Of a DNA stretch of 63,902 bases, positions 26,119 to 35,311 are shown piece by piece. The DNA is taken from positions 1 through 63,902 of the forward strand of contig DATBVX010000125.1 of NCBI GenBank assembly GCA_036515135.1, read 5' to 3'. The DNA is from Steroidobacteraceae bacterium (lineage in GTDB: Bacteria > Pseudomonadota > Gammaproteobacteria > Steroidobacterales > Steroidobacteraceae). The notes under the pieces were generated by a model. That model ran no database searches, was not told the origin of the DNA, and saw only the letters and a program-made list of their open reading frames with translations. Position 1 is the stretch's first letter. The number at the start of each line of letters is the position of its first letter. The position numbers and the translations under genes are program-made.

Positions 26119-26859
26119 TCAGTCCGGTGGCGATGAATTGGCGATTCGACGCGCCGCGACCCAGAAGGCGAAACGGATGCCGATCACCGCCAGCATCAGT
26201 GCGATGAGCCACTCTCGCCCGCCCAACTCGCCCGCGCGCCAGAGATTGACGAGCGCGATCAGCGCGATTGCCGAGAGCCAGTCGAAGGGCTTGGCATACT
26301 CCTTGACCAGCACGCGCCTGCGATCGAACTGCATGCCGGCGATGGTCGCCCGCAGCCCCTTGAGCATCGGTACCCAGCGGGAAACCCGCGCGCAATACGC
26401 ATCGAATTCCGCACCGAACCTGCCGCGAAGAAAATGCTCTTCCGCGGCCACGATGGCACGGTGCATGGCGAGCGCCAGCGGCACGCCGACCAGTGCGAAC
26501 ACCCAGGAGTTTGACGCGAGCGCGAGGCCCAGGATCAGGAAGAAATTGCCGACGTACATCGGGTTGCGGCAATGGCTGTACAAGCCGCCGGTCACCAGCT
26601 GCTCTGCGTACACGCGATGATCCCGGCCTCCGCGGATGATGTAGGCGAGCCCGACAGTCGCGGAGCGGATGAACTGGCCGAGGAGCGCGGCGCCGAGACC
26701 CAGACAAGCCATCAGGGCGATGTTGCTCGAGAGCTGGGGCGAAGGAACGAGCAGCAATACCACCGCGATGGGCAGCATCAAGCCGCGACGCCGGAACGAA
26801 ATGTCGCCAGCTCGCACCAGAAGTGGCGACTGCCGGATCGCTGATTGAGCGACGTTCAC
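26119..26859 (-). CDS. ICMT/PEMT-family integral-membrane methyltransferase (paralog 1)
   Basis: GTG 26859 overlaps the chorismate mutase stop (GTGA). Motifs GLYSHCRNPMYVGNFFLILGLAL and AEEHFLRGRFGAEFDAYCARVSRW. Confidence 0.8.
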   Translation of the reverse strand: MNVAQSAIRQSPLLVRAGDISFRRRGLMLPIAVVLLLVPSPQLSSNIALMACLGLGAALLGQFIRSATVGLAYIIRGGRDHRVYAEQLVTGGLYSHCRNPMYVGNFFLILGLALASNSWVFALVGVPLALAMHRAIVAAEEHFLRGRFGAEFDAYCARVSRWVPMLKGLRATIAGMQFDRRRVLVKEYAKPFDWLSAIALIALVNLWRAGELGGREWLIALMLAVIGIRFAFWVAARRIANSSPPD

Positions 26860-27191
26860 GACGCCCCTCCGCGACCGCGACCCGCGAACGCGCGCGCGGC
26901 GAGCGAGCGCGCCGCCTCGAAGATGCTGTGAAATATCGCTTCGATCTCGCGCCGGTCGTAAAGCTCGAGCGACTGCGTGGTGAGCTCGGCGATCATGGCC
27001 GATTCGCGCGCGCGGTCGTGCAGCGCGATGCCACGTCGCTGTTTGAGGTGCATGACCTTCAAAGCCAATGCACCGCGTCGTTCCAGCAATCGCAGCAGCT
27101 CGACGTTGACCTCATCGATGCTGCGTCGAAGGCGCGTGATCTCCTGCGCGCCGGGATCGGATGGTGCGACCCACTGCTCAGTTTCAAGCAT
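26856..27191 (-). CDS. AroQ-class chorismate mutase (monofunctional)
   Basis: ATG 27191 with AGGAG. ITRLRRSIDEVNVELLRLLERRGALALKVMHLKQ... is a typical CM_2 helix pattern. 111 aa. Confidence 0.8.
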   Translation of the reverse strand: MLETEQWVAPSDPGAQEITRLRRSIDEVNVELLRLLERRGALALKVMHLKQRRGIALHDRARESAMIAELTTQSLELYDRREIEAIFHSIFEAARSLAARAFAGRGRGGAS

Positions 27192-27206
27192 CCTTAAGGC
27201 TCCTGC

Positions 27207-27917
27207 TCAGTCCGCCACGATCACGCGTGTTCTCTTGGCCGCCCAGGCAGCAGTCCAGAGGCTCGCGGCAAATGTGAGTGTCACGATCAGGGCCGTGTGG
27301 AAGCCCGCATGTTGCGCGGACAGCGCATGGTCTTGCGCCAGGCGCATCAGGCCCAGGAGGCTCAGGCCCCCGATCCAGCCACACACCGTTCCGTATTCCT
27401 TCACGACCAGGCGGCGCCAATGAAACGTCGTGTCCCGCAGGGATTGCCGCAGCCCGTTGAGGCGCAGGCTCCAGCGCGGCACCCGCTGACAGTAGGCAGC
27501 AAAGGCCGCACCGAACTCGCGGCGCAGGAACTCCTCCTCGGCCGCGACAATGCACGCATATGCAAGCACGAACAGCGGCACGGCCGTCGCCAGGCACGCC
27601 CACGAATTCGCTGCGATCGTGACGCCAATCAGGATCAGCATGTTACCGATGTACATCGGGTTACGGGTGTGCGCATACAGCCCGTCAGTCACGAGATCCC
27701 GCGCATACACGCGACGCTGCCGCCCCCCGCGGATGATGTACTTGAGCCCGATCGTGAGCGCGCGAACCGTCTGCCCGAGCAGTGCACAGGCGGCACCGAC
27801 GGCGAGCGCGATCATGGGGTCGGCAAACAACCTCGGGCCGGGCAGGAGAACCAGCGCAAACGCGCAGGGAAACAGCATGTTTCGGTAGCGAAACAGGAGC
27901 CGGCCGAGCGCGCTCAC
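27207..27917 (-). CDS. ICMT/PEMT-family integral-membrane methyltransferase (paralog 2)
   Basis: GTG 27917 forms a GTGA overlap with the cmoA-like stop; the alternative upstream start is 27953. Motifs GLYAHTRNPMYIGNMLILIGVTI and AEEEFLRREFGAAFAAYCQRVPRW. Confidence 0.8.
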   Translation of the reverse strand: MSALGRLLFRYRNMLFPCAFALVLLPGPRLFADPMIALAVGAACALLGQTVRALTIGLKYIIRGGRQRRVYARDLVTDGLYAHTRNPMYIGNMLILIGVTIAANSWACLATAVPLFVLAYACIVAAEEEFLRREFGAAFAAYCQRVPRWSLRLNGLRQSLRDTTFHWRRLVVKEYGTVCGWIGGLSLLGLMRLAQDHALSAQHAGFHTALIVTLTFAASLWTAAWAAKRTRVIVAD

Positions 27918-28651
27918 TGCTTCACCGCGATCATGCCGCTGAAGTTGTACCACTTGAAAAAGACATCGACGAAACGAAAGCCGGTGCGCAGCAAGAGCTC
28001 GCGGTTCTCGAGCACTTTGTAGGGAACCAGCACGTTCTCGAGCGCCTCGCGCTTTTGCGTGATCTCGAGCTCGCTGTAGCCGTTGCGCCGCTTGAGCTCG
28101 TAGTAGTACTTGATGAAGAGCCGGTTGAGGAGCGAGTCCTCACCGAGCACCTTCTCGACCACCAGCAGGCAACCGTTGGGACGCAGGCCGCGAAAGATAT
28201 CCGCGATCAGCCGGTCCCGATTGAGCGGCCGGATGAACTGCAGCGTGAGGACGAGCAGCACCACCGAGGCGTCCTGGATCCGCACGCCGTCGTTGAGGTC
28301 CAGACACAGCAGCTCGTAGGGCCGCTTCAGGCCGTGCTCAGCCAGCTTGGCGCGGCATTTCTGCAGCATCTCGGGGGAATCGTCGATGCCGACGAAGCGC
28401 ACGCTGGGATGAACCCCCGGATCCAGGTTGAGAAAAGTCGTGCCGGTCGAGCAGCCGAAGTCGTACACCGCCGTGTCCGGAACGGCGAAATCGGCCGTCA
28501 TTTCGGCGACCATGCGCTGAATCTCGACGTAGAACGGGACCGAGCGCGTCACCATGTCGTCGAAGACGCCCGCAACCTCCTGGCCGAAGTGAAAATCGTC
28601 CACTTCTTCCTTTTCAGCCCGAAACACCTGGTCGCGCGCGCGTTCCTGCAT
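27914..28651 (-). CDS. cmoA: CmoA-family carboxy-S-adenosyl-L-methionine (Cx-SAM) synthase homolog
   Basis: Collinear with my recollection of E. coli CmoA across the whole length: FGQEVAGVFDDMVTRSVPFY, VYDFGCSTG, IDDSPEML, LTLQFIRPLNRDRLIADIFRGLRPNGCLLVVEK, RNGYSELEITQKREALENV, YNFSGMIAVK. Confidence 0.85.
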   Translation of the reverse strand: MQERARDQVFRAEKEEVDDFHFGQEVAGVFDDMVTRSVPFYVEIQRMVAEMTADFAVPDTAVYDFGCSTGTTFLNLDPGVHPSVRFVGIDDSPEMLQKCRAKLAEHGLKRPYELLCLDLNDGVRIQDASVVLLVLTLQFIRPLNRDRLIADIFRGLRPNGCLLVVEKVLGEDSLLNRLFIKYYYELKRRNGYSELEITQKREALENVLVPYKVLENRELLLRTGFRFVDVFFKWYNFSGMIAVKQ

Positions 28652-28756
28652 GGCCGTTTGACGGGCTGTCGCGCCATAATCCGTCGCGGCGCGACGGAAT
28701 GGGCCCGTGGCAGCCGTCCAACGAGCAGCGCCCCAGTCCTGGACTGACGATTACAG

Positions 28757-29380
28757 ATGGCCGAACACCCGCAAGACCTGCAGCTGGCGCGACGCCTGGT
28801 CGCCGGCGACGAGCGGGAATTCACGCGTTTCTTCGACGAGTACTACCCACGGGTCTTTCGCTTCGCCCTTGCCCGCCTGCGGCGCGACACCGATGCGGCG
28901 GACGAGATGGCGCAAAGGACCTTGTGCCGTGCCGCGCGCAAATTGCACCTCTATCGCGGCGAAGCGTCCCTGTTCACATGGCTGTGCCAGATCTGCCGGC
29001 ACGAGATCCACGACCACGCGGAATCGCTGGCGCGAGAGGCCGCCCGCTTCGTATCGGTCGATGAGGACCCGACAATCCGCGCCGCGCTCGAATCGCTGCC
29101 GGCGGACGCTCACAGCGACCCTGTCGGAGTGGCGAATCGCGCCGACGTATTGCGCCTCGTGCAGGTGGTTCTCGACTATCTGCCGGCGGGTTACGGCAAC
29201 GCGCTCGAATGGAAGTACGTCGAGGGGCTGGAGGTCACTGAGATTGCGGCGCGTCTTCAGGTCACACCGCTCGCCGCCGAATCGACGCTGGCGCGAGCAC
29301 GGCGCGCATTCCGGGAGGGCTGGCTCAGCGTGACGGGGGAATGCCTCCCCGATGCGCTGGCCGGGGAGTCAGGTTCATGA
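28757..29380 (+). CDS. ECF (group IV) sigma-70 factor
   Basis: Region 2 (FFDEYYPRVFRFALARL ... LFTWLCQICRHEI) and region 4 (VEGLEVTEIAARLQVTPLAAESTLARARRAF). Confidence 0.9.
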   Translation: MAEHPQDLQLARRLVAGDEREFTRFFDEYYPRVFRFALARLRRDTDAADEMAQRTLCRAARKLHLYRGEASLFTWLCQICRHEIHDHAESLAREAARFVSVDEDPTIRAALESLPADAHSDPVGVANRADVLRLVQVVLDYLPAGYGNALEWKYVEGLEVTEIAARLQVTPLAAESTLARARRAFREGWLSVTGECLPDALAGESGS

Positions 29381-30393
29381 ACCACAAACCCACGAATTCA
29401 ACGCGCTCGAAGTCGGACCCGATCGGTGAGCTGGTCCATTCCGCCGGACCGCGCGCGCTTCCGGATGCCGAGCGCATGGCGCAGGCCCGACTGTCCGTGC
29501 ACACCGAGTGGCGCTCGAGCCTTGAGAGCCGACTCCGGGAACGCCGCCGGTGGCTGAGCGCGGCAGCGGTCGCAGCGATCGCCATTGGCGTTGGCATCGT
29601 CATGTTGCTGCAGCCCGCGCCGGCGGTGCAGGTGGCCACCACCAGCCGGATCGTCGGTACCGTCTCGGTGCAGCGTCCCGCGGGGACGGATGTCAGAACG
29701 GCCGCGCTGCGCGGTGAGGAACGGCTGCTGGTTGGCGACTGGCTGAAGACCGATGCGGAGAGCCGCGCACTGATTCGATGGGAACGGGGCGCCTTGATCC
29801 GCGTGGATCAACACTCGCGGCTCAAGCTCGAATCCGATCGCTCGCTGCGGCTCGAGCAGGGCGCGCTGTACGTTGAAGTCGATGAGCGGGCGGAAATCGC
29901 GCCGGACATCACGGTGTTCACGGCGCTCGGAACAGTTCGGCACGTCGGCACACGATTCGAGGTGCGCGTAACCGAAGGCGCGATGCAGGTGCGAGTGAGG
30001 GATGGAACGGCCGTGTTCAAGGGCGAGTCTCTGGCCGCAACGCTGATCGGCGCCGGGCAGCAGCTGTCGATCAATGGCGACCAGGCGCGGCTCGAGCAGG
30101 GGCCGCCGGCTGCGGATTCATCCTGGGAATGGACGCGGCGAATCGCACCGGACTTCGCGATCGAAGGCCGTTCGGTGTTCGATGCGCTTGAATGGCTGGG
30201 ACACGAGAGCGGCCTCGAGATTCGTTACGCAGACGACGCGGTGCAGGCACAGGCACGCACCGCCGTCCTTCACGGCAGCATCGAGGGGCTGGCCATGCGC
30301 GAGGCCCTGATCGCCGTGTTGACGGGCAGCGGCCTGTCATTCGAACTGGCGGCGGATCGCGTGGAGATCCACAGGAGCCCGGAAAGAACATAG
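29377..30393 (+). CDS. FecR-family anti-sigma / transmembrane sensor
   Basis: ATG 29377 overlaps the sigma stop (ATGA). Single TM (AAVAAIAIGVGIVMLL) and a periplasmic FecR domain. Confidence 0.8.
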   Translation: MNHKPTNSTRSKSDPIGELVHSAGPRALPDAERMAQARLSVHTEWRSSLESRLRERRRWLSAAAVAAIAIGVGIVMLLQPAPAVQVATTSRIVGTVSVQRPAGTDVRTAALRGEERLLVGDWLKTDAESRALIRWERGALIRVDQHSRLKLESDRSLRLEQGALYVEVDERAEIAPDITVFTALGTVRHVGTRFEVRVTEGAMQVRVRDGTAVFKGESLAATLIGAGQQLSINGDQARLEQGPPAADSSWEWTRRIAPDFAIEGRSVFDALEWLGHESGLEIRYADDAVQAQARTAVLHGSIEGLAMREALIAVLTGSGLSFELAADRVEIHRSPERT

Positions 30394-30443
30394 GGGCATG
30401 ACGCAACTGCCGTGCGGGTGAGCAGGATGTACCATCTGCCGGC

Positions 30444-32762
30444 ATGTCATGGATCCCCCGCCGCAGGACTCTGAGAGTCCTCGCCTGCCTCTTTGCGGGC
30501 TGGGCCCTAGTCCCCTCTGCCACGGCGGGTGAGGGCGTCACCGGTCGCCCGGTCGCCGAAATCCTGCGCGAAGCGGCCGGCCCGGGAGTGCAGGTCGTCT
30601 TCTCGGATGAGTTGGTGCCTCCGGATCTGCTGGCCTTAGTTGAGCCCACTGCGAAGGAACCCGTAGCAAGATTGCGGGAGATACTGCGCCCCCACGACCT
30701 CGCACTCGTGGAGCTGGCCCCTGGCCGATACGTCGTAGCGCGCCGCGACTCCGCTCCCGGCCCCGGCAGTGCGCGCTCACGTCCGATACCCACGGCCGTA
30801 GCGCCGATCGAGGAAGTGCGCGTGATCTCGAGCCGCTACACGCTGGCGGCGGAGCGGCTCGATCGGCCGTTCGAGCTCGATTCAGCCGACCTGCGGCAAC
30901 AGCCGGCATTGTTCGATGATGCGTTGCGCGGCGTGCGGCGCTTTCCAGGCACGGCCGGCAGCGGATTGTCCTCGCGCACGTTCGTACGCGGCGGCGTATC
31001 GGACGAAAACCTGCTGCTCCTGGACGGCGTGCAGTTGCAGGATCCGTTTCATCTAGCCGGGCTGCCGGCGGATTTCAGCGTGATCGACCCGGCGGTGCTT
31101 GGGCGCATTGATTTCTATTCCGGCGTCCTGCCGGTCGAGTACGGCAACCGCATGAGCTCCGCCATCGACATGCACACGCGCGGCGGCGCGGACGCGTTCG
31201 GCGGCCGGCTCGCGCTCGGGACGGTGAACGCCTCGGCGCTGCTTGAAGGCCCGCTGCCCGAAGGCCACGGTGACTGGCTGGTGTTCGTGCGACGCGGGCT
31301 GATCGACGTGGCTGCGCACTATCTCGATCCGGATTTCGGCCAGCCCGTGTTGACCGATTCGCTTGGACGAGTTCGCTTTCACCTCGGAGAAGACGCCGTC
31401 ATCACGCTCGGTGGCCTCGGCGCCGATGATGATCTGCAGTTGTCCGTCAACGACGGGGATGAGACGACGAGCGCCGAGAACGATCGCAGCTACGCGTGGG
31501 GGGCACTCGATCAGAGCTGGGCGCGCACCCAGGCGCGCACACTGCTCGCACACACCTCAGCGAGCGTGAGCCGTCACGGGGACCTGCAGGACGGCGCGGG
31601 ATCACTTGGCAGCGTGGACGACAACCGCAAGCTGGAATCGACCGTGCTCAAGCAGGACTGGTCGACGCGACTGGCCGACGAGGGCAGCTTGCGCTGGGGT
31701 GTCTCGCTGCGCCGAGACGAGGCGGAATACGACTACCAGCGCCTGGTGACGTTTCCGGCAGACGTTGCGGCGCTGTTCGATCGGTCGACACTGTCACAGT
31801 ACGCGCTCGCGACCGACGTCAGGCTCGAGCAGATCGACGCCTACATCGGCCTGCGAAAGGTCTTGAGCTCGCGGTGGACTGTCGATGGCGGCGCCCGCTG
31901 GAGCCAGGCGGACTACTCCACGAGTCAACACGAGTCAGCATGGGACGCGCGGCTGGGTCTGCTCTACTCCTTCTCGCCCGCCACGCGCATTCGCCTGTCG
32001 TGGGGCCGGATGACTCAATTCTGGGGAGCCGCCGAGCTGCCGGTCGAGCGCAATCGCGCGCTGTTCGACCCGGCTTCGACGAGCGACATGCGCGTGCTGG
32101 CATGGGAACACGACTTTGCCAGCGGGTTGTCGCTCCGGACCGAGCTCTTCGACAAGCGCACTGGCGATCCGCGCTCGCGAACCGAAAACATCGTCGATCC
32201 CATCGCGCTCGTGCCGGAACTTCGTGCCGACGAGATGTTGATCGACCCCGACTTGGGCCGCACCACCGGATTCGATGTTCATGCTGCCGGACCGATCGGT
32301 GACCACGTGCAGGCCTCGCTGAGTTACAGCTGGTCGCATGCGCGCGACACGATCGACGGTCGGGAGTTCGCGCGCTCCTGGGACCAGAGGCATTCGCTCA
32401 CGCTGGGACTCGGCATGGAGCGCGGCAACTGGCTATTGAGCATGCTGCTCACCGCGCGCTCCGATTGGCCCATGACGCCTGTGGCCGAGATCGCGACGTC
32501 CCCGGGGGTACAGATCGGCGAGAGAAATTCCGAGCGCGAGGAATTTTTCCTCACCGTCGATCTCAAAGCCGAGCGCAGCTTCAGGCTCGAGGTGGGATCG
32601 CTGCACGTCGCGCTCGAGCTTGCCAACGCGCTCAATCGCGAAAACTTCTGCTGTACCGAGCTGGACTACGGGCGAGCCCCGAGCGGCGAGCTCGCCGTGA
32701 CCGCCGAGCGCAAGAACTGGCTGCCGATCGTGCCGTACGCGTCGGTCGCCTGGGAGTTCTGA
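30444..32762 (+). CDS. TonB-dependent transducer (receptor with N-terminal STN signalling domain)
   Basis: Signal peptide, STN-like VAEILREAAGPGVQVVFSDELV, plug (FVRGG..NLLLLDGVQL), beta-barrel, and C-terminal ...SVAWEF. Confidence 0.85.
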   Translation: MSWIPRRRTLRVLACLFAGWALVPSATAGEGVTGRPVAEILREAAGPGVQVVFSDELVPPDLLALVEPTAKEPVARLREILRPHDLALVELAPGRYVVARRDSAPGPGSARSRPIPTAVAPIEEVRVISSRYTLAAERLDRPFELDSADLRQQPALFDDALRGVRRFPGTAGSGLSSRTFVRGGVSDENLLLLDGVQLQDPFHLAGLPADFSVIDPAVLGRIDFYSGVLPVEYGNRMSSAIDMHTRGGADAFGGRLALGTVNASALLEGPLPEGHGDWLVFVRRGLIDVAAHYLDPDFGQPVLTDSLGRVRFHLGEDAVITLGGLGADDDLQLSVNDGDETTSAENDRSYAWGALDQSWARTQARTLLAHTSASVSRHGDLQDGAGSLGSVDDNRKLESTVLKQDWSTRLADEGSLRWGVSLRRDEAEYDYQRLVTFPADVAALFDRSTLSQYALATDVRLEQIDAYIGLRKVLSSRWTVDGGARWSQADYSTSQHESAWDARLGLLYSFSPATRIRLSWGRMTQFWGAAELPVERNRALFDPASTSDMRVLAWEHDFASGLSLRTELFDKRTGDPRSRTENIVDPIALVPELRADEMLIDPDLGRTTGFDVHAAGPIGDHVQASLSYSWSHARDTIDGREFARSWDQRHSLTLGLGMERGNWLLSMLLTARSDWPMTPVAEIATSPGVQIGERNSEREEFFLTVDLKAERSFRLEVGSLHVALELANALNRENFCCTELDYGRAPSGELAVTAERKNWLPIVPYASVAWEF

Positions 32763-32770
32763 TCCTTGAG

Positions 32771-33166
32771 CTACTTGCCGAGGCTCTGTACCCGCACGAC
32801 CGTCTGACCCGAGTGCAGGGTGCCGGCGGAATCCTTGAAGCGCACCTGGACACCAAAGGGATAGAACTCGCCTTCGACCCATTCACGCGCCGGGGTGCGC
32901 CCTCCTTCCGACTTGAAGGCGACGCTCAACGAATAACAGCCCGTGGCTTCGGACGTGCCTTCCCACGTCGCCTCCCGGCCGCCTTCGAGCGTGAGCCCGT
33001 ATACCGTGCCGGCGGGCGAGCAGAAGCGAAAATCCCGAGTTTCGAGCCCGGTGACCGGCGAGCCGTCGCTGGCGCGCGATACGGATACAAAAAGCTCGAG
33101 GCGGCTTCTCAAGTCCACGAACTTCGTTTCACTCGAAACGGCTTCGACGATCAGACGGCCCATCAC
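32771..33166 (-). CDS. Hypothetical beta-rich protein
   Basis: 131-aa ORF convergent with the receptor (8-nt gap). No signal peptide and no recognised motif. Confidence 0.4.
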   Translation of the reverse strand: MMGRLIVEAVSSETKFVDLRSRLELFVSVSRASDGSPVTGLETRDFRFCSPAGTVYGLTLEGGREATWEGTSEATGCYSLSVAFKSEGGRTPAREWVEGEFYPFGVQVRFKDSAGTLHSGQTVVRVQSLGK

Positions 33167-33256
33167 GCGTCCTCCAGGTGGTCCAGGGCGATGGTATCAG
33201 CCGCCTCGTGATGCCGTCACCGCTCGGATGACGCGCCGGCAGGTGAACAGAAGAAG

Positions 33257-34573
33257 TTAACTGCGCACGCGCCGTCGCAGAGCCGCGACGAAGCGGTCGA
33301 GATCGGCATGGTCGTTGTACACGTGCGCGCTGACGCGGATGTAATCGATGCCGACCCCGGCGTGCAACACGCGTCGAACGATGATGCGCTCCTGGGCCGC
33401 GAGCGCGGAGACGAGCTCGCTCTGCTCGATGCCGGAGATCTCGAACGATACGATGCCCGCCCAGAGCTCGGGATGCGTCGGGGTCAGCACTCGCACGCCC
33501 TCGATGCGCTGCAGGTCCATGCGCAGGTACCACGCCAGCTCGCGGATCCGCGCCGCCAAGCGCTCGCGGCCGATCTCCTGCTGAAGCGCGACAGCCGGCG
33601 CGACCGCATACAGCAGTGGCGCCGTGTGCGGGATTCCGTAGTCGAACTTGCGGAGCGCCGCGGGCCAGTTGGCGCGATACGGGATCGACAGCGGACTGTC
33701 GGTTGCGCCAAAGCGATCGATCGAATCCCAGTCGCCGTGATCGGCGACTTCCACCGGCCACAGTCGAAACCGGGCCCCTTCGCCAAAGTACAACAGCCCG
33801 GTGCCGGCAGGGCCATTCAGCCACTTGTGCAGGCTGGCCGCATAGAAGTCGCAGCCCAGCGTTGTGAGATCGAGCGGCAGCATTCCCAGGGCCTGCGCTC
33901 CGTCGACCAGCGTCAGGATATTTCGTGCGCGTGCGAGCGCACACAACTCGCGCACTGGCAGCACGCAGCCGTCCGTGTACTGCACGTGGCTGAAACACAT
34001 GAGGCGGGTGCGATCCGTGATCGCGGCCGTGAACGCATCGATGATCTCTGCGGGCGTGTTCGCCGGACTCGGCAGCGCAACCTGCACAACCTTGAGCCCG
34101 CGCCGCTTCGCCTGCAGCAACCACGGATACACGGCTGCCGGGTGATCGTGGGTGGTCGTCAGAATCTCGTCCCCAGGCGTGAAATCGAGACCCGCCGCCA
34201 CGATGCTCAACGCCTCCGTCGCACCGGACGTGATCAGCAAGTCGTCCGCGGATGCCCCCACGAACTGCGCGATGTTGCCCAACAGCTCTCGCAGGGCGTC
34301 TCCGCTGCAGCGGTCGCTGAGATAGCGATCGCGGTTCTGGCTCAACGCTTCGCGCTGGCGATACTCCTCGACGAGGACCGTGCGCAGGCTGGGTGCCAGA
34401 GCGGCGGTGTCGAGCCAGGTCAGGGTCGAGTCGACCATTGGCTGCACCCGAAGCATCTGCCACAATTCACGCGAAGAGGTCGGAAATTCCTGGGCTTGCC
34501 CTTGCGCCGCGAGCAGTACCGATCCCGCGCTCGCGCCTACAGAACCCAGAAACTCACGTCGATTCAATGACAT
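33257..34573 (-). CDS. Class V aminotransferase-fold PLP enzyme (isopenicillin-N-epimerase/cysteine-desulfurase-like) with Tat signal
   Basis: MSLNRREFLGSVGASAGSVLLAAQGQA twin-arginine leader. PLP-lysine context AASLHKWLNGPAGTG. Confidence 0.8.
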   Translation of the reverse strand: MSLNRREFLGSVGASAGSVLLAAQGQAQEFPTSSRELWQMLRVQPMVDSTLTWLDTAALAPSLRTVLVEEYRQREALSQNRDRYLSDRCSGDALRELLGNIAQFVGASADDLLITSGATEALSIVAAGLDFTPGDEILTTTHDHPAAVYPWLLQAKRRGLKVVQVALPSPANTPAEIIDAFTAAITDRTRLMCFSHVQYTDGCVLPVRELCALARARNILTLVDGAQALGMLPLDLTTLGCDFYAASLHKWLNGPAGTGLLYFGEGARFRLWPVEVADHGDWDSIDRFGATDSPLSIPYRANWPAALRKFDYGIPHTAPLLYAVAPAVALQQEIGRERLAARIRELAWYLRMDLQRIEGVRVLTPTHPELWAGIVSFEISGIEQSELVSALAAQERIIVRRVLHAGVGIDYIRVSAHVYNDHADLDRFVAALRRRVRS

Positions 34574-34657
34574 AGAAACCTACCGGGGCGACGAGGCGTC
34601 GCCCTGCGTTTGGCCTGAGCAGAGAAATGCTTGCAATAACAGACCGAATGGTCTTAA

Positions 34658-35260
34658 ATGGCGCCCATGAGCAAAGGTGAAGAAACCCGCCAGCGGATCC
34701 TCGAGCGCGCCGCGCCGCTTCTCAACCGGCACGGCTTCCAGAGCGCACCGGTGTCCGAGATCATGCGCGTGACTGGCCTGCAGAAGGGCGGCCTCTACAA
34801 TCATTTCGAGAGCAAGGAAGCCCTGGCACTCGCCGCATTCGATCTGCTGATGGACCGCATCAACCGCAAGGTGATGGAGGTGCACCGCAGTCACGATTCG
34901 CCACTCGCCCAGCTCACCGCGCACGTGCAGTTGATCGCGTCCGGTGGCACCGAAACGGAAGGCGGCTGCCCGATGGCAAACAGCATCGTCGAGAGTGATG
35001 ACGCCAACCCCGCGTTGCGCGCGCGTGTCGCCAATGTCCTGGACCAGTGGCGCTGGCTGCTGACTCACACGGTAGCGAAGGGCATCGTCGCCGGTGAGAT
35101 CCGTGCCGATGTAAATCCCGACGAAGTGGCGACGCGCGTCATTTGCGCGCTCGAGGGAGGACACCTGCTCCGCCACTTCTATGGCGAGGAACGCTATCTC
35201 CAGCAGATGGGCAAGTTCCTGACCGAGTATATCGAGCGCGATCTTCGCGCTCGCAGCTGA
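34658..35260 (+). CDS. TetR-family transcriptional regulator
   Basis: HTH: TRQRILERAAPLLNRHGFQSAPVSEIMRVTGLQKGGLYNHFESKEAL. Confidence 0.9.
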   Translation: MAPMSKGEETRQRILERAAPLLNRHGFQSAPVSEIMRVTGLQKGGLYNHFESKEALALAAFDLLMDRINRKVMEVHRSHDSPLAQLTAHVQLIASGGTETEGGCPMANSIVESDDANPALRARVANVLDQWRWLLTHTVAKGIVAGEIRADVNPDEVATRVICALEGGHLLRHFYGEERYLQQMGKFLTEYIERDLRARS

Positions 35261-35311
35261 TTCAAAAGTTTTTGACCTGATACAGACCGATCGGTCTGAA
35301 GCGAGTGAGAG

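Noticed and set aside
28696-28718. Candidate ECF-type promoter GGAAT-N14-CGTC upstream of the ECF sigma gene.
   Set aside because: The spacer is ~2 nt shorter than in typical ECF promoters (about 16-17 nt). The match is short and expected by chance in GC-rich DNA, so it is not reported as a feature.
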